Notes: generated by a model not told the origin, from the letters alone. Shown: positions 37,378-47,990, counted from the first letter of the stretch. The stretch is 64,000 nucleotides of DNA from a virus (IMGVR_UViG_3300045596_000094:1-64000), one strand, 5' to 3'. Numbers and translations: made by a program.

Positions 37378-37441
37378 TTTAATTAATCCTTTTCCAGTGC
37401 AGGTAACCCCGCAAAGACTTCATATTAATTAAGGCGACATA

Positions 37442-37471
37442 AATAGAGAGTCCCCTAGGGGACTCTCTATT
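37442..37471 (-). terminator. terminator, perfect 30-bp palindrome, followed by TATGT
   Basis: AATAGAGAGTCCCCTAGGGGACTCTCTATT. Confidence 0.8.
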
Positions 37472-37474
37472 GAG

Positions 37475-39148
37475 TTATGCCATTGCAGTGATAACCATCG
37501 GAGCCATTGCCAATTGACTATCATCAGAACCTGAACGATAGAACAGCTGAACACGAACTGTACCGCCCTGCGTAACACCCGTATTAACATTACGGATGTC
37601 TTGCAAGATGTTGTTGATTGGTACTTCACGTTGGAAGTTACCCGCAACGATTTTCGCATGAGTAGGTGCTGGTGCATACGGTTCGCTGAACTCGTAGAAT
37701 AACGGATCTAGTTTACGATAAACGTTTGTGATCCAAGATTCAACGTCGGTATAACCGCACGCTAAGTTCAGTTTCATGTTTCCTACGTTCTGCTCATCCG
37801 TAGTATAATACGCGCGAATATTATTACCGTAGATAGCATCGTCATGATACTTAATGGTGTAATACGTTTGCTCAGCAACAGCAGAACCTGGTTTAATCAG
37901 GGTGATGCTGATGTCCTGTACGTGTCGGAAGTAAGCGTAAGCTGCGCCGAGTTTCTGCATGTTGATTGCAACATTTAGATTCTGAGCAGTGCCATACAGA
38001 CTACCATTAAATACAGGTTTACCTGGGGCATATTCCACTAACGTTGTTACATCACGAATGTCTTTACGTTCTAGGTCATATAACCAGAATTTCAAGGTGT
38101 ATTTATTACCACTTGCCCATTCAGGAACAGCAAACAGTTTAACACTATAGAACGTATCCACAGGTGATGTTTTAATCGTGTATTGTTTGGTATAACGACG
38201 ATCTGGTAAATTCGGTGTACCACCAATAACAAGCTCGTTATCAGACAAATGATAGATGAGCGTCACTGGGAACATCTGCCCAATCTGGGAAGCTACGTAA
38301 CTTGACATACCTGCCAAAGTAAACTTTGTTTTGTCTACAGGGTATGTTGCAGTTTTACCATTACTGTACGTTACCTTAGCGGTAAACATTAATGATTGCG
38401 TAATCAAGTTAATTGGGCAATCTACAACGAGCTTATCTGTCTTGGACATGAAGGGTGATAACAATTCAATATCACGGACATATGTTGCCGATTGATCAAT
38501 AGACCGCATGAAGTCGGTGGTTTTAATCACGAACTTATCTACAGACGTTACAGTGCCAGCAGCCGTCTCGGTTACAATCGTACAGATCTCACCATCGGTA
38601 ACGGCTTCAGCGCACCACGCAACTGTAGCTGTCTTCTGAGCGACATTTGTGCCGTTCGGAATGACGATGGCTTCTAGTGGAATACTAGAAGAGATGATCT
38701 GATTCGATTGATTTAAAACCGCAGAGATCGGTGCGCTATTCTTGTAATCTGTTTCCGTACCACGGTAAATCTTGATGTGATGGTTCGCTGAACCATTCCA
38801 GATTACGCGTGAATCGACTGCTAGTTTGTGGGGAACCACAGACATGTCAACATATACACGGAAAGAGTTAGAGTTTGCGCCTGGCCCTGTAACTACCGCA
38901 GTATCGCTTTCATCAATACCGCCGCCAATGGTTGCAAGGTTTACTCGATTGAGCATAGACAACAACGTACCATTAATGTCAACAGACATCACACGATACG
39001 TACCGCTACTCCAATCCAGTACGAAGTCACCAACGTTAGGAACGATGCGACCACTCATTCCTGGACCCTGATAGATTTGCTCCATCAGCCAGAATCGATT
39101 TTGTCGTTCTAAGTTTACCTCAGGAACGACTCTGATACTATCAGCCAT
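37475..39148 (-). CDS. virion structural protein (phiKZ gp26-like)
   Basis: Synteny with terminase and sheath; beta-rich 557 aa. Confidence 0.75.
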   Translation of the reverse strand: MADSIRVVPEVNLERQNRFWLMEQIYQGPGMSGRIVPNVGDFVLDWSSGTYRVMSVDINGTLLSMLNRVNLATIGGGIDESDTAVVTGPGANSNSFRVYVDMSVVPHKLAVDSRVIWNGSANHHIKIYRGTETDYKNSAPISAVLNQSNQIISSSIPLEAIVIPNGTNVAQKTATVAWCAEAVTDGEICTIVTETAAGTVTSVDKFVIKTTDFMRSIDQSATYVRDIELLSPFMSKTDKLVVDCPINLITQSLMFTAKVTYSNGKTATYPVDKTKFTLAGMSSYVASQIGQMFPVTLIYHLSDNELVIGGTPNLPDRRYTKQYTIKTSPVDTFYSVKLFAVPEWASGNKYTLKFWLYDLERKDIRDVTTLVEYAPGKPVFNGSLYGTAQNLNVAINMQKLGAAYAYFRHVQDISITLIKPGSAVAEQTYYTIKYHDDAIYGNNIRAYYTTDEQNVGNMKLNLACGYTDVESWITNVYRKLDPLFYEFSEPYAPAPTHAKIVAGNFQREVPINNILQDIRNVNTGVTQGGTVRVQLFYRSGSDDSQLAMAPMVITAMA

Positions 39149-39163
39149 TTTATTACCTATTAA

Positions 39164-41890
39164 TTACGTCGGTTTAACTTCGATTGAATGGGTAAGATCC
39201 AACACTGAATATAGATGTAAGCGATTGATCTTTTCTAATGCCCAATACTGTTTCTGAGTGACCTGAACAACACGATCTTTAAATGCTAAAGGATAAACCC
39301 CGACATAATCCTGATTATAACCAGCAATACATGGGTCAAAGTCTTTAAACACATCAACCATTTGTTTGGTGAAACTAAAGAATGTTTCTTCAGTATCTAA
39401 TAGGTCAATCATCGCATCTGTAAAATACCCTTTCACCATCATCTCAACATACGCTGCCATAATCGGTGAATGAAGATGCCAGTGCTGACCTTCAATAAAC
39501 TCATTACTCGGTTTAGGTTCAGGGAGTCTGGCAGTTAAGTAATCGGATACATCCTGATCAATCACCATTGATTGTATCTGATAGTCAACTGTCTTCTGAG
39601 CAGTGAATGGTTCTACTAACGCCTGATATTCATCGATAGTGTAAGGCGCACCATCTAGATAATCACCTACCACGTACCCGTCCTCAGCGAACTTCACTTC
39701 ATCCGGTGAATATTTTCGTCCACCGATATTAACGCTAACGTCACGGTCATGAAAAACGTTGAAGACATTGTTCATTGAAACAACACCGTTCTTCACGAAA
39801 CCTGTATCGCGAGGACCGAAAGGTTTCTTCGTTTTCGGGTTAGAATAACCATAATAGCGAATAAGGATGTTTGCTTCTTTATTCTTAGGAATTTGACGGA
39901 GTATAATTACAGCCCCACCAGTAACGTAGCGATAATCTAGGTTTTCCATTAATGGTGAGCCATCGATCCAAACATCCACATGACCAGGAGCAACACCTAT
40001 GTTTCCAATAGACCCCCCATCAACTACCGATAACGGGATTGAAATATATCCTTGTTCATCTGTTGGTTTTACTACCCGTTTAACGATATTAACTTCAGAA
40101 GCAAATCGTGTTAGGGGTACTAATCCTGCCGCATTCAATAAGGTATAGTTCCATTTGATCTGCGGAGCTTTGGTCGCTGTGCCCGGAACATAGGTATAAT
40201 AAATCCCACCCGTTACATCTGCCCAATTATTGGTTGTAGTGGCACCCGCAACATCGGCAACGTAACACCGATGACCAAAGAACCCATAGTAAGGATCACT
40301 TACAGTTTCTTTATCTCGAAATGTTCCGGCATAGTCAGTACCTTCACGTAAAGTACCAAGCATAACCTCTAGATACGCAGCGTTCCCTTGAAGTGCCGTT
40401 GGCACAGAAATGCTGGTGTAAATAGAGTTTGATGTTTCGTAAGAAAGTAGTTGTCCTTTTTTATCGTACCAGAACAATACCCTTGAATTTCGGGTCATAT
40501 CCCCGTTAGGAACAAATTGCTGGTTTGACAAAGAAAATAAAGGATCAATTTTCACTTTCTTTTGATCTGTTACTTTGTAGAAATAACGACCTACCGCTTT
40601 GGTTGCAGCGTTATACCCATAAGCTTCTTCGACCATGGCTTGGGTGATCTTATTGCTGTTGGAAGACATTACCGAGATATATGCCGAATTCTCTAACTCA
40701 GCAGCACGCCATATATCTAATGTCGAATTGACATCAGCCATTGCTGAGATTACACCATCGTAGGGAAGGTGGTATAAATCTTCAATTCGGTTCTTTTGGA
40801 AACCTAAACCATGACGCATTCCGCCATTACGAACGACCACCATTATTTCCAAAGTAGCTACATTACGTAAGAAACCATGCTGTTTAGATAATGCTAGAAC
40901 AACATCTTCACGAACTGACCATGCATTATGAGTTACTTGTCGAACTGTGTTGTTTTTAAAGCGGTCTAACATCACCCCTTTATAACCAGTCGCTGTCTTA
41001 AAGACCAAATAAAAATCCAGATCATCACAGAAATCAATTCTTTCGTAATTACGTGGGGATACCAAAAGATATTTATTGGCTTTAGGATCTTTAATCGATC
41101 TAAATCCGGGTATAGTTGAGATAGGGAAGAACATTCTTTCTCGAAAGGTTTCATCAAATCTGAAAGATAATGTCTTACCTTTATATTCAGGAGAGAATGC
41201 TTTTGGTTCATCGGTATAGAACCCATCAACGTAATAATTACCGAAGCCCGCATCTTTGTATTGATCTGTAATTGCTTTCACAGACGCTTTAAAGGAAACT
41301 AGATCGTTTGCGTTGTTAATCAGTTTGTAAACAGAACGGACAACGTGTATCGGATCTTCTTTTTCACCGCGCCACGATTCAGAATCCTGGATTGCATTGG
41401 TATAGAAACGGATCATCAGCGGACGATGATCTAAACTATACGCAACATCCATGACATCACCGTACACGGATTCACGGGAATCACGACCATAGTCGGTACT
41501 TGTACGTTCAACCGCCAAAATAAAGTTCTGATCAATATTCTCATAAAGGTAACAGAGATTATTGGGAACAATTGCACCATTTTCTAAAACAACATCAATG
41601 GTTGAGTTAGTGAGTTCGGTTAGTTGATCGGCGCGATACCATTTCTTTTTATCCATTTTCAAACGGAAGAAATGTGGGGGGATCTGCCCTAAAGGATAAA
41701 CGTGGAATGTGCGTTTATCTAGAGGATCCTCGTAACCCGGTAAAGGGAAACCTTCCCACATTACGGTTGCTACACCCTTGAACCCCAATTGCGGTGAAAC
41801 TCGTGAAGGGATGATCCGATATTGGCGGTCTTGTAACGGCTCTGCCCAAACGTTGGTGAGGGCATGCTGTCTTAAAATGTTATTTTCCAT
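39164..41890 (-). CDS. virion structural protein (phiKZ gp27-like)
   Basis: Synteny; L..HA..NVW..P.QD.Q N-terminus and W.AA.LE.S.Y motif. Confidence 0.75.
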   Translation of the reverse strand: MENNILRQHALTNVWAEPLQDRQYRIIPSRVSPQLGFKGVATVMWEGFPLPGYEDPLDKRTFHVYPLGQIPPHFFRLKMDKKKWYRADQLTELTNSTIDVVLENGAIVPNNLCYLYENIDQNFILAVERTSTDYGRDSRESVYGDVMDVAYSLDHRPLMIRFYTNAIQDSESWRGEKEDPIHVVRSVYKLINNANDLVSFKASVKAITDQYKDAGFGNYYVDGFYTDEPKAFSPEYKGKTLSFRFDETFRERMFFPISTIPGFRSIKDPKANKYLLVSPRNYERIDFCDDLDFYLVFKTATGYKGVMLDRFKNNTVRQVTHNAWSVREDVVLALSKQHGFLRNVATLEIMVVVRNGGMRHGLGFQKNRIEDLYHLPYDGVISAMADVNSTLDIWRAAELENSAYISVMSSNSNKITQAMVEEAYGYNAATKAVGRYFYKVTDQKKVKIDPLFSLSNQQFVPNGDMTRNSRVLFWYDKKGQLLSYETSNSIYTSISVPTALQGNAAYLEVMLGTLREGTDYAGTFRDKETVSDPYYGFFGHRCYVADVAGATTTNNWADVTGGIYYTYVPGTATKAPQIKWNYTLLNAAGLVPLTRFASEVNIVKRVVKPTDEQGYISIPLSVVDGGSIGNIGVAPGHVDVWIDGSPLMENLDYRYVTGGAVIILRQIPKNKEANILIRYYGYSNPKTKKPFGPRDTGFVKNGVVSMNNVFNVFHDRDVSVNIGGRKYSPDEVKFAEDGYVVGDYLDGAPYTIDEYQALVEPFTAQKTVDYQIQSMVIDQDVSDYLTARLPEPKPSNEFIEGQHWHLHSPIMAAYVEMMVKGYFTDAMIDLLDTEETFFSFTKQMVDVFKDFDPCIAGYNQDYVGVYPLAFKDRVVQVTQKQYWALEKINRLHLYSVLDLTHSIEVKPT

Positions 41891-41907
41891 TACTAAACCC
41901 TCAACAG

Positions 41908-42834
41908 TTATTCTGCTGCTTCGGTTTTCAGCAGATCCGAAGTAATACGAATGAATTCCCGAGCACCAGCGTCGCGTTCTTTCTTGTGTGCAATTTGCCC
42001 AATGCCTGAACGGGTTACCGAACGATCTGTAAGTGCAATATAAAGGAAAGAAACAAAGATCGGTGGATACTCAATTGCAACGGATACCAAGATTTGGTTA
42101 TTAGGACCAAACCATGACCCCGCTAAAGAAGCATAGAAGTACTCTAGGTTTAAACCTGATAAGCGTTCTGTAGCTAAGCTTTCATTAATAACCCGCATGA
42201 ACTCAACTGCATCTGGGATAAACGGTAACGTATCCACTACATCCATAACGTAGCCAGTGCTTGCATTAATAGAACGGGCAATTAATGGAGCTGCGCGTGA
42301 TGGGTCGAACTTTCGCTCTTCACTAAATAGGCAAAGATAGTAATATGCTGAAATCACCTGAAGTTTTAGCTGCTGGGCAGGATCTAACCCATAGCGTCGA
42401 ACAATTGACCCTGTAATCCATGTAGCAAAAATACTAATCTGAATATTTCCTAAACGCTGAATTGCGTTTGGACCTTCCCCTTCCCAAACCGATTGAAGAA
42501 CCGTGAGGATTACATCACGACGATAAAGCGGTGAGTTATTTATCACAGGGATTGCTTGAGCGCGATCCCAACGAGTGGAGGAACGTGCATCCACTACCAT
42601 GAAGGTGTCGTCACCTATGTTAAATTGGATCGGGTGTATAAAAGGCTTAGGGTCGATATACGGACCAGTACCGAGAGCATAAATAAAGAAGTCGTCATGA
42701 ACGTCTTCTTGAATTGCAATCAACTGACTTCCCCGACCTTCTCTTGTATCTTTAACGTGACGTTTAAGGAGTTCGGCTTGATCCCCTTTTACCATACCTG
42801 CATGTATTGTAGTGTCCATTGGATTGACGAACAT
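41908..42834 (-). CDS. phiKZ gp28-like protein
   Basis: Synteny; PF.HP, VD.R, W.G.N......A.EYPP motifs. Confidence 0.7.
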   Translation of the reverse strand: MFVNPMDTTIHAGMVKGDQAELLKRHVKDTREGRGSQLIAIQEDVHDDFFIYALGTGPYIDPKPFIHPIQFNIGDDTFMVVDARSSTRWDRAQAIPVINNSPLYRRDVILTVLQSVWEGEGPNAIQRLGNIQISIFATWITGSIVRRYGLDPAQQLKLQVISAYYYLCLFSEERKFDPSRAAPLIARSINASTGYVMDVVDTLPFIPDAVEFMRVINESLATERLSGLNLEYFYASLAGSWFGPNNQILVSVAIEYPPIFVSFLYIALTDRSVTRSGIGQIAHKKERDAGAREFIRITSDLLKTEAAE

Positions 42835-42895
42835 TGCCAGCTCCTAATAAAAAATTATAGGTTACACCAATAGCCTGAGGCTTACTATTTAATAG

Positions 42896-42900
42896 TATGA
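42896..42900 (+). promoter_or_regulatory. putative late promoter TATG
   Basis: phiKZ late promoters use TATG; RTATGA also precedes the helicase (8823), 32557 gene (32534), fibre gene (49322, 49327) and terminase (minus, 37421-37424); short motif, low specificity. Confidence 0.45.
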
Positions 42901-42971
42901 TGTGTAGTGTATCCATTACATAAAATCTAAGTTAGATATCCATATTAAACGCGCGTTTATAGGAGACTATA

Positions 42972-45299
42972 ATGTCTACAATTTATACCAGCACACCTCG
43001 TGCCATGTTGCTGGGTGTGAAGGACGAATCTATTCGAGAAGTACCGCTCGAAGATATCGTTCTTCCAGCCCACTTACCATGGGTGATGACTTTTGCTGAA
43101 CAAGGTGATGGGTTTCCACACATGCTGATGAGTTCTGGCGCTGTACGTATGTATGGTTCAGATACTTTTGATATTTCTGGGAAGTATGCAACTCACCAAA
43201 CTGCTCTCATCAATGTGTTTATGGCGAATGCCAATCCAATGATGCTTCAGCGAATTATTCCTGAAGGTGCAAAAACCTCTATCCTACGATTATCTGTAGA
43301 AATTATTCCAACAATGATTCCAGATTACGAGCGTAGTGAAACTGATGGTTCAATCGTTTACGAATTCAACGAATATGATGAACGTGTTCCTAAAGTAAAA
43401 GAAATGATCGCAGGGAACCGTGTAGTTTATCACACAACTGTTGCTCCGTGGAAAACTGAAGATCCTGTTAAAACAGCAGCTGCCATCGCAGTGGGTGGTG
43501 GTACGATTGTACGTAATTATCGCAGTGGCGATACCCTCTCTTCTACTGGCGAAAAGCTCGGGGAATTAGAACCTACAATTTCTGCTAAAGTTCCTACTTC
43601 AACGCTTTATCCAGTAATGGATGTGTTGGTCTCTTCTGCAGGTTCTTTCGGTGACCGCAAAGGTATCCGTTTGATGTTACCTACAACTAAAGGTTCAAAT
43701 CCTTTAGACTACAACACCTTCCGTGAAAGTCGCGCTTATTTACCGCGTCTAGGTTTAGTCACTAAAGATCCTAAGGATGGTAACTATGTTAACATCCCTA
43801 CGACAGGTGGCGATACCTTTATTGATGTATCCTTCAAAGAAGGTGTACGTACTGAACGTGCTAAGGTTCCTTTGTACATCGCAGATCGCTTGATCGAAGA
43901 TTATGAAATTGCAACTGAATCACAACCGCATATCCCTGGACCGTACAGTAAAGTTCATGTCTACCATAATGAATTGGCTGAGGCTTTGGGCGTATTGATC
44001 AACGGTACTGACGGTAGTTCTACAGCTATCGCTGGTATTAAAGGTGAATCTGGGTTCAACGATATTGCAGCTGAATGGCAACGTCTCCCAATCAATGATG
44101 CTTCGGCTCAGCGTTTGAACTTCCTTGGTGGTTACGACGAAACTGGTGCGCCTTACTTTGCTTTTGAAACATCTAAGTCTGCTCTTTTTGGCGGTGTTGC
44201 TTTAGGTAATGAAACCTACATCTTCCCTGAAGGTGGTGAAGATGGGTTACCGTTAATGGCAACTGGAGAAATCAACGAATTGGCTAAGTACGAAATGTAC
44301 GACAATGCTGTTCGTAAAGAAGCTGAAAACTTCGGTAATGGTGAAGTTAAATTCCTGAATACTGCGAAATACCCTATTTCCGCACTTTGGGATACTGGCT
44401 TCTCTATGGATACCAAGAAGGCTATGCTTACACCAATCGGTCTTCGTAAAGACTTCGGGGTTGTACTTGCAACGCATTCAGTAGGTGACTTCTTCAATGA
44501 AACCACTGAAACCACCCCAGGCAAATACGTGACTAAGCGCGTTTATCAGTGGGTAGATGATAACGATATCGCTTCTGAAACATCTATCGCAGGTGTCTTG
44601 CGCACACATGCAAGTTTGTATCCTGAGTCTGAAGTTTATGGCACACCAGTTTGTCGTGCGATCATTGTTGGTCAATCTGGACGATTGATTAATAGTAGTT
44701 ATACCCGACGTTTACCTTTAACCATTGAATATGGTAATAAGGTTTCTCGTTTCATGGGTGCTGCTGATGGTTTCTGGAATCCAGCTCGTGCCTACGATCA
44801 GAAAGGTCAGAACATCATTGAGATCATGCGTGATGTCAATTTAACATGGCGTGAAGAGAACGTTGCGAATCAGCAATGGGCTAATGGTTTAGTGTACGCT
44901 GAAGATTACGACATGCGTCGTATGTTCTTCCCGGCTATCCGTACTGTTTACAATAATGAAACATCAGTATTGAACAGTTCTATCACCATGTGGGCAATTA
45001 TCACTATTGAGCGTGAAGCGCACAATAGCTGGCGTGATCTCGTAGGGAATGCGAAATTCAGTCCTGCTAAGTTCTTACAAGAATCTGACCGAATCTTGAC
45101 TGAACGTTTAGCTAAGCGTTTTGACGATCGTTTCATTATTGAAGTAGAAACCTACTATACTGAATCTGATACTGTGCGCGGCTATAGCTGGAGCTGTAAC
45201 ATCCATATCTACGCTCCGAACATGAAGACCGTTGGTCAGTACACGGTTGTTGCGCATCGCATCGAAGATTACCAAGCGGATCTTGCGACAGCGGCTTAA
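42972..45299 (+). CDS. tail sheath protein (phiKZ gp29-like)
   Basis: 775 aa divergent from terminase block; G..D.S, P.HLP, YG.DTFD, (W/Y)DTGF, YPES..YGTP..R, MKTV. Confidence 0.9.
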   Translation: MSTIYTSTPRAMLLGVKDESIREVPLEDIVLPAHLPWVMTFAEQGDGFPHMLMSSGAVRMYGSDTFDISGKYATHQTALINVFMANANPMMLQRIIPEGAKTSILRLSVEIIPTMIPDYERSETDGSIVYEFNEYDERVPKVKEMIAGNRVVYHTTVAPWKTEDPVKTAAAIAVGGGTIVRNYRSGDTLSSTGEKLGELEPTISAKVPTSTLYPVMDVLVSSAGSFGDRKGIRLMLPTTKGSNPLDYNTFRESRAYLPRLGLVTKDPKDGNYVNIPTTGGDTFIDVSFKEGVRTERAKVPLYIADRLIEDYEIATESQPHIPGPYSKVHVYHNELAEALGVLINGTDGSSTAIAGIKGESGFNDIAAEWQRLPINDASAQRLNFLGGYDETGAPYFAFETSKSALFGGVALGNETYIFPEGGEDGLPLMATGEINELAKYEMYDNAVRKEAENFGNGEVKFLNTAKYPISALWDTGFSMDTKKAMLTPIGLRKDFGVVLATHSVGDFFNETTETTPGKYVTKRVYQWVDDNDIASETSIAGVLRTHASLYPESEVYGTPVCRAIIVGQSGRLINSSYTRRLPLTIEYGNKVSRFMGAADGFWNPARAYDQKGQNIIEIMRDVNLTWREENVANQQWANGLVYAEDYDMRRMFFPAIRTVYNNETSVLNSSITMWAIITIEREAHNSWRDLVGNAKFSPAKFLQESDRILTERLAKRFDDRFIIEVETYYTESDTVRGYSWSCNIHIYAPNMKTVGQYTVVAHRIEDYQADLATAA

Positions 45300-45354
45300 T
45301 CAAATATGGGGTAGGGTTTCTACCCCATCTTCTAATTAAATTTGGAGAATAAAA

Positions 45355-46248
45355 ATGGCTGCTCAACGCCGATATGCCGACACCTTGATTGTAGATGATA
45401 AATCTGCACGCGGGTACGGTCGTGGTCGTCAAGCCCCTATGCTCGATTTGAAGTATGGTGGTAATAACGGTCATATGCCAGATTATCCTGGCTACATTTC
45501 AAATACGCCTTACGTACGTCGTAACTTAATCATTCGTTTGATTCAAGCACCACGTGGTTTCGACTATTTGCCTGAACCAGAAAAATGGTACGAAGCACTG
45601 AAAGCGTTAATCGAATTACATCCTCTTTCTGTAACTGGCTTTAATAACCAGTTAGAAGTCACCATGAGCGAAACACCTTTCGGTGGTGCGGGTGAAATGC
45701 AGGAAGCAGTATCTAACGTTACGCGTTCTCGTGTAATGCCAGTATTCAACTACGTTGAGAAATATGGTCGTCCGATCACTACCTTCTTCGAACGTTGGGT
45801 TACTGAATTGATGATGGATCCTAACTCTAAATTCCCTAACGTTGTTACACGTACAAATGCGCGTAACCAAATCGTTGACTTGCTGCCTGACTTTACGTCT
45901 GCAACAATTCTTGCATTTGAACCAGACCCTACATTCACTAAGATTGATAAGGCTTGGTTAGTTGCGGATTTAAAACCGAAGAACTCTCTTGCTCCTGCAG
46001 AAGGTGAGCGTAACATCCATCAAGGTGGTGACATCATTGAGTTCCCAATCGAAATGACTGGTGTTGCTCAAACTGGTGCTGGTGTTAACTTGTTTGCTCA
46101 GAAGATCTTAGAATCAATGGTATTAACTGGTGCGAACCCGTTGAACCGTGAAGCCTTTACTACTGAAATTGACGGTAACATTGTTGACCTTCAATCTGGT
46201 TATAAAGAGCAATTGGATCTTGCTGCTCGCACATCTGTACGCGAATAA
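45355..46248 (+). CDS. tail tube protein (phiKZ gp30-like)
   Basis: Follows sheath; PYVRRN.I...P.GF, KAL.E.H...I/VTG, GGAGE, EKYG.PI, EPDP.....AWL. Confidence 0.88.
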   Translation: MAAQRRYADTLIVDDKSARGYGRGRQAPMLDLKYGGNNGHMPDYPGYISNTPYVRRNLIIRLIQAPRGFDYLPEPEKWYEALKALIELHPLSVTGFNNQLEVTMSETPFGGAGEMQEAVSNVTRSRVMPVFNYVEKYGRPITTFFERWVTELMMDPNSKFPNVVTRTNARNQIVDLLPDFTSATILAFEPDPTFTKIDKAWLVADLKPKNSLAPAEGERNIHQGGDIIEFPIEMTGVAQTGAGVNLFAQKILESMVLTGANPLNREAFTTEIDGNIVDLQSGYKEQLDLAARTSVRE

Positions 46249-46296
46249 GCATAAACCATTCCATACTCCCCGTTATGGGGAGTATGGAACTTATGC
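46249..46296. terminator. bidirectional terminator flanked by GCATAA and TTATGC
   Basis: TTCCATACTCCCC-GTTAT-GGGGAGTATGGAA. Confidence 0.8.
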
Positions 46297-46298
46297 TG

Positions 46299-46646
46299 TC
46301 AAATAAAATCCTGGGTGATCCAATTCAATGAACCCATTTCCGCTGCTGTAAGTTTATAGTCGTCTATTAGGTGAGGTCCAACGATTTCATCTGAGCAGAT
46401 TGTTTTCTCATCGGAAGGACTATAGACTAACTGATACCGTTCAGCCACCTCAAAACCAACGTCATGACCATCCATCCGTTCAATATAGCTTTTTAACAAT
46501 GGATGTTCCACCGTACCGCGGTAAAGTTTCTTTGCAGGTACTAATATTAAAGCTTTATCAGACCACCCTTTTAAACGAACCGCTTTCCCACTTTTCATCT
46601 GAAGATATGCTTCCGGGAAAGAAATTGTTCTAGTTCTCATATCCAT
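46299..46646 (-). CDS. Tad2/DUF2829-like protein
   Basis: SF.EA...MK.GK.V..KGW..K at N-terminus; YKLTAAEMGSLNW aligns with W.PSQ.D.LA.DW. Confidence 0.65.
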   Translation of the reverse strand: MDMRTRTISFPEAYLQMKSGKAVRLKGWSDKALILVPAKKLYRGTVEHPLLKSYIERMDGHDVGFEVAERYQLVYSPSDEKTICSDEIVGPHLIDDYKLTAAEMGSLNWITQDFI

Positions 46647-46707
46647 TACCCCATGAGTTATTCAAATCATACTAGCCGTCAGTAAAAATAAAAAGAATCC
46701 ATAGACT

Positions 46708-46735
46708 TAGACCCCCTACCGAAGTAGAGGGTTTA
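46708..46735 (-). terminator. UUCG hairpin terminator
   Basis: TAAACCCTCTAC-TTCG-GTAGGGGGTCTA, then TATG and a T-rich tract. Confidence 0.7.
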
Positions 46736-46738
46736 GTT

Positions 46739-47173
46739 TTAGATATCAGCAGTATCCATGTATATCAAATGTTCGGATAGATTGTTATACGTGAGTACAT
46801 TACGCAATACGACCATCTTAATTAGATTATCATCGAATTTCTGATAGCCGCGCACCACAAGTTTAGATGCGTAGATTAGATCCAAAGGGTCAGCATTAGG
46901 GTCTTGTTGTTCAGCGAAGAAAGCTAATTTAAAACACTCATGTTCACCAATCAATTCAAAAGGATCGATGGTCTTGTGATTTTTAGCAGCTTCCTGACGG
47001 TGTTCACACCATTGGACTTTACCACCTAACTTGAAGTCTTCAGCCGGATGGATATCGCCATCACAACCGGTAATAAGGGCAATGTACGGAGCATTGATGT
47101 TAATGAGTTCTTTCTGTGAACCGAACACACCATTGGGAACGAGTTGTATTAAACGGCTCAAACTATTCTTCAT
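46739..47173 (-). CDS. hypothetical protein
   Basis: Likely start MKNSLS with GAGG RBS. Confidence 0.7.
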   Translation of the reverse strand: MKNSLSRLIQLVPNGVFGSQKELININAPYIALITGCDGDIHPAEDFKLGGKVQWCEHRQEAAKNHKTIDPFELIGEHECFKLAFFAEQQDPNADPLDLIYASKLVVRGYQKFDDNLIKMVVLRNVLTYNNLSEHLIYMDTADI

Positions 47174-47762
47174 TGTCAAATCCTCGTTTATCAACATAAA
47201 CATTAATCGGAGAGAAATGGTAACGACTCTTCCCCCTTATCCCTTCATGTTTAGGATAACGGGGCTTATCTGTAATCATAACATTCGACAGATCAACCCC
47301 ATTAAACAGTACTGCGCCTTCAGTAGAGAAAGCTTTACCGTGTAATAATTTAACTTTCAGTGTTTTCACAACAGACAGCCTATAGTTCACCTTGTCGAAT
47401 AAATCAAAACGATAATAGTCGAACGGGCTGGTTTCCCGGTCAACCAAACCTTTAACGAACAGTTCAACATGACTTTCATGTTTTATAACAATGAGATCTA
47501 AAGCCTCTTGTATAAAATCGAAATCATCCAAAAGCTCAACTGTTGTAGTGTGTACTGCAGTTTGATTGGTTATGGTTTCCATGAAATTAAAAGGTTCATT
47601 GAATTGGATATCTTCAGTGAAGCTTCTCAAAACAGAAACTAGATTCGCATATATTCGATGGATGTTTATGTTTTCGAAATGAGGGATTCCTTTCAATGTA
47701 AGTATGGTTTGTTTTGCCCCCATTTCAGAAATGATGATGTTCTTTAAGTCATCATTTGTCAA
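47163..47762 (-). CDS. hypothetical protein
   Basis: TTG start with GGAG RBS, TTGA overlap with upstream microprotein. Confidence 0.7.
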   Translation of the reverse strand: MTNDDLKNIIISEMGAKQTILTLKGIPHFENINIHRIYANLVSVLRSFTEDIQFNEPFNFMETITNQTAVHTTTVELLDDFDFIQEALDLIVIKHESHVELFVKGLVDRETSPFDYYRFDLFDKVNYRLSVVKTLKVKLLHGKAFSTEGAVLFNGVDLSNVMITDKPRYPKHEGIRGKSRYHFSPINVYVDKRGFDNEE

Positions 47763-47926
47763 TCTTCATTCTCCCACCAGTTATCGAGTGGCGCAGTTCC
47801 GAAATGTGCGTTGATTGCATCGAAGGAAGCCATCTCCGCTTCCACGCTTGTTGCGGGTTCTTGGTCATCTAAGAATAATGACTCATCATCTTGGTCTTTT
47901 GGGTTTGGATCAAAAGCATTAAACAT
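47759..47926 (-). CDS. 55-aa highly acidic microprotein (absent from ORF track)
   Basis: GGAG RBS; MFNAFDPNPKDQDDESLFLDDQEPATSVEAEMASFDAINAHFGTAPLDNWWENED*; follows a promoter motif. Confidence 0.75.
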   Translation of the reverse strand: MFNAFDPNPKDQDDESLFLDDQEPATSVEAEMASFDAINAHFGTAPLDNWWENED

Positions 47927-47949
47927 AAATAAACTCCAGTTATTAATAG

Positions 47950-47971
47950 GGATTCAAATTAATAGTGTATA
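47950..47971 (-). promoter_or_regulatory. putative early promoter TATACACTATTAATTTGAATCC
   Basis: Copy of the repeated motif. Confidence 0.7.
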
Positions 47972-47990
47972 TCTATAATTAATTATGATA

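Noticed and set aside
10955-37471. Perfect 28-30 bp palindromes as operator or replication sites
   Set aside because: All sit immediately after stop codons and share the terminator context; a cruciform role is not excluded but has no support
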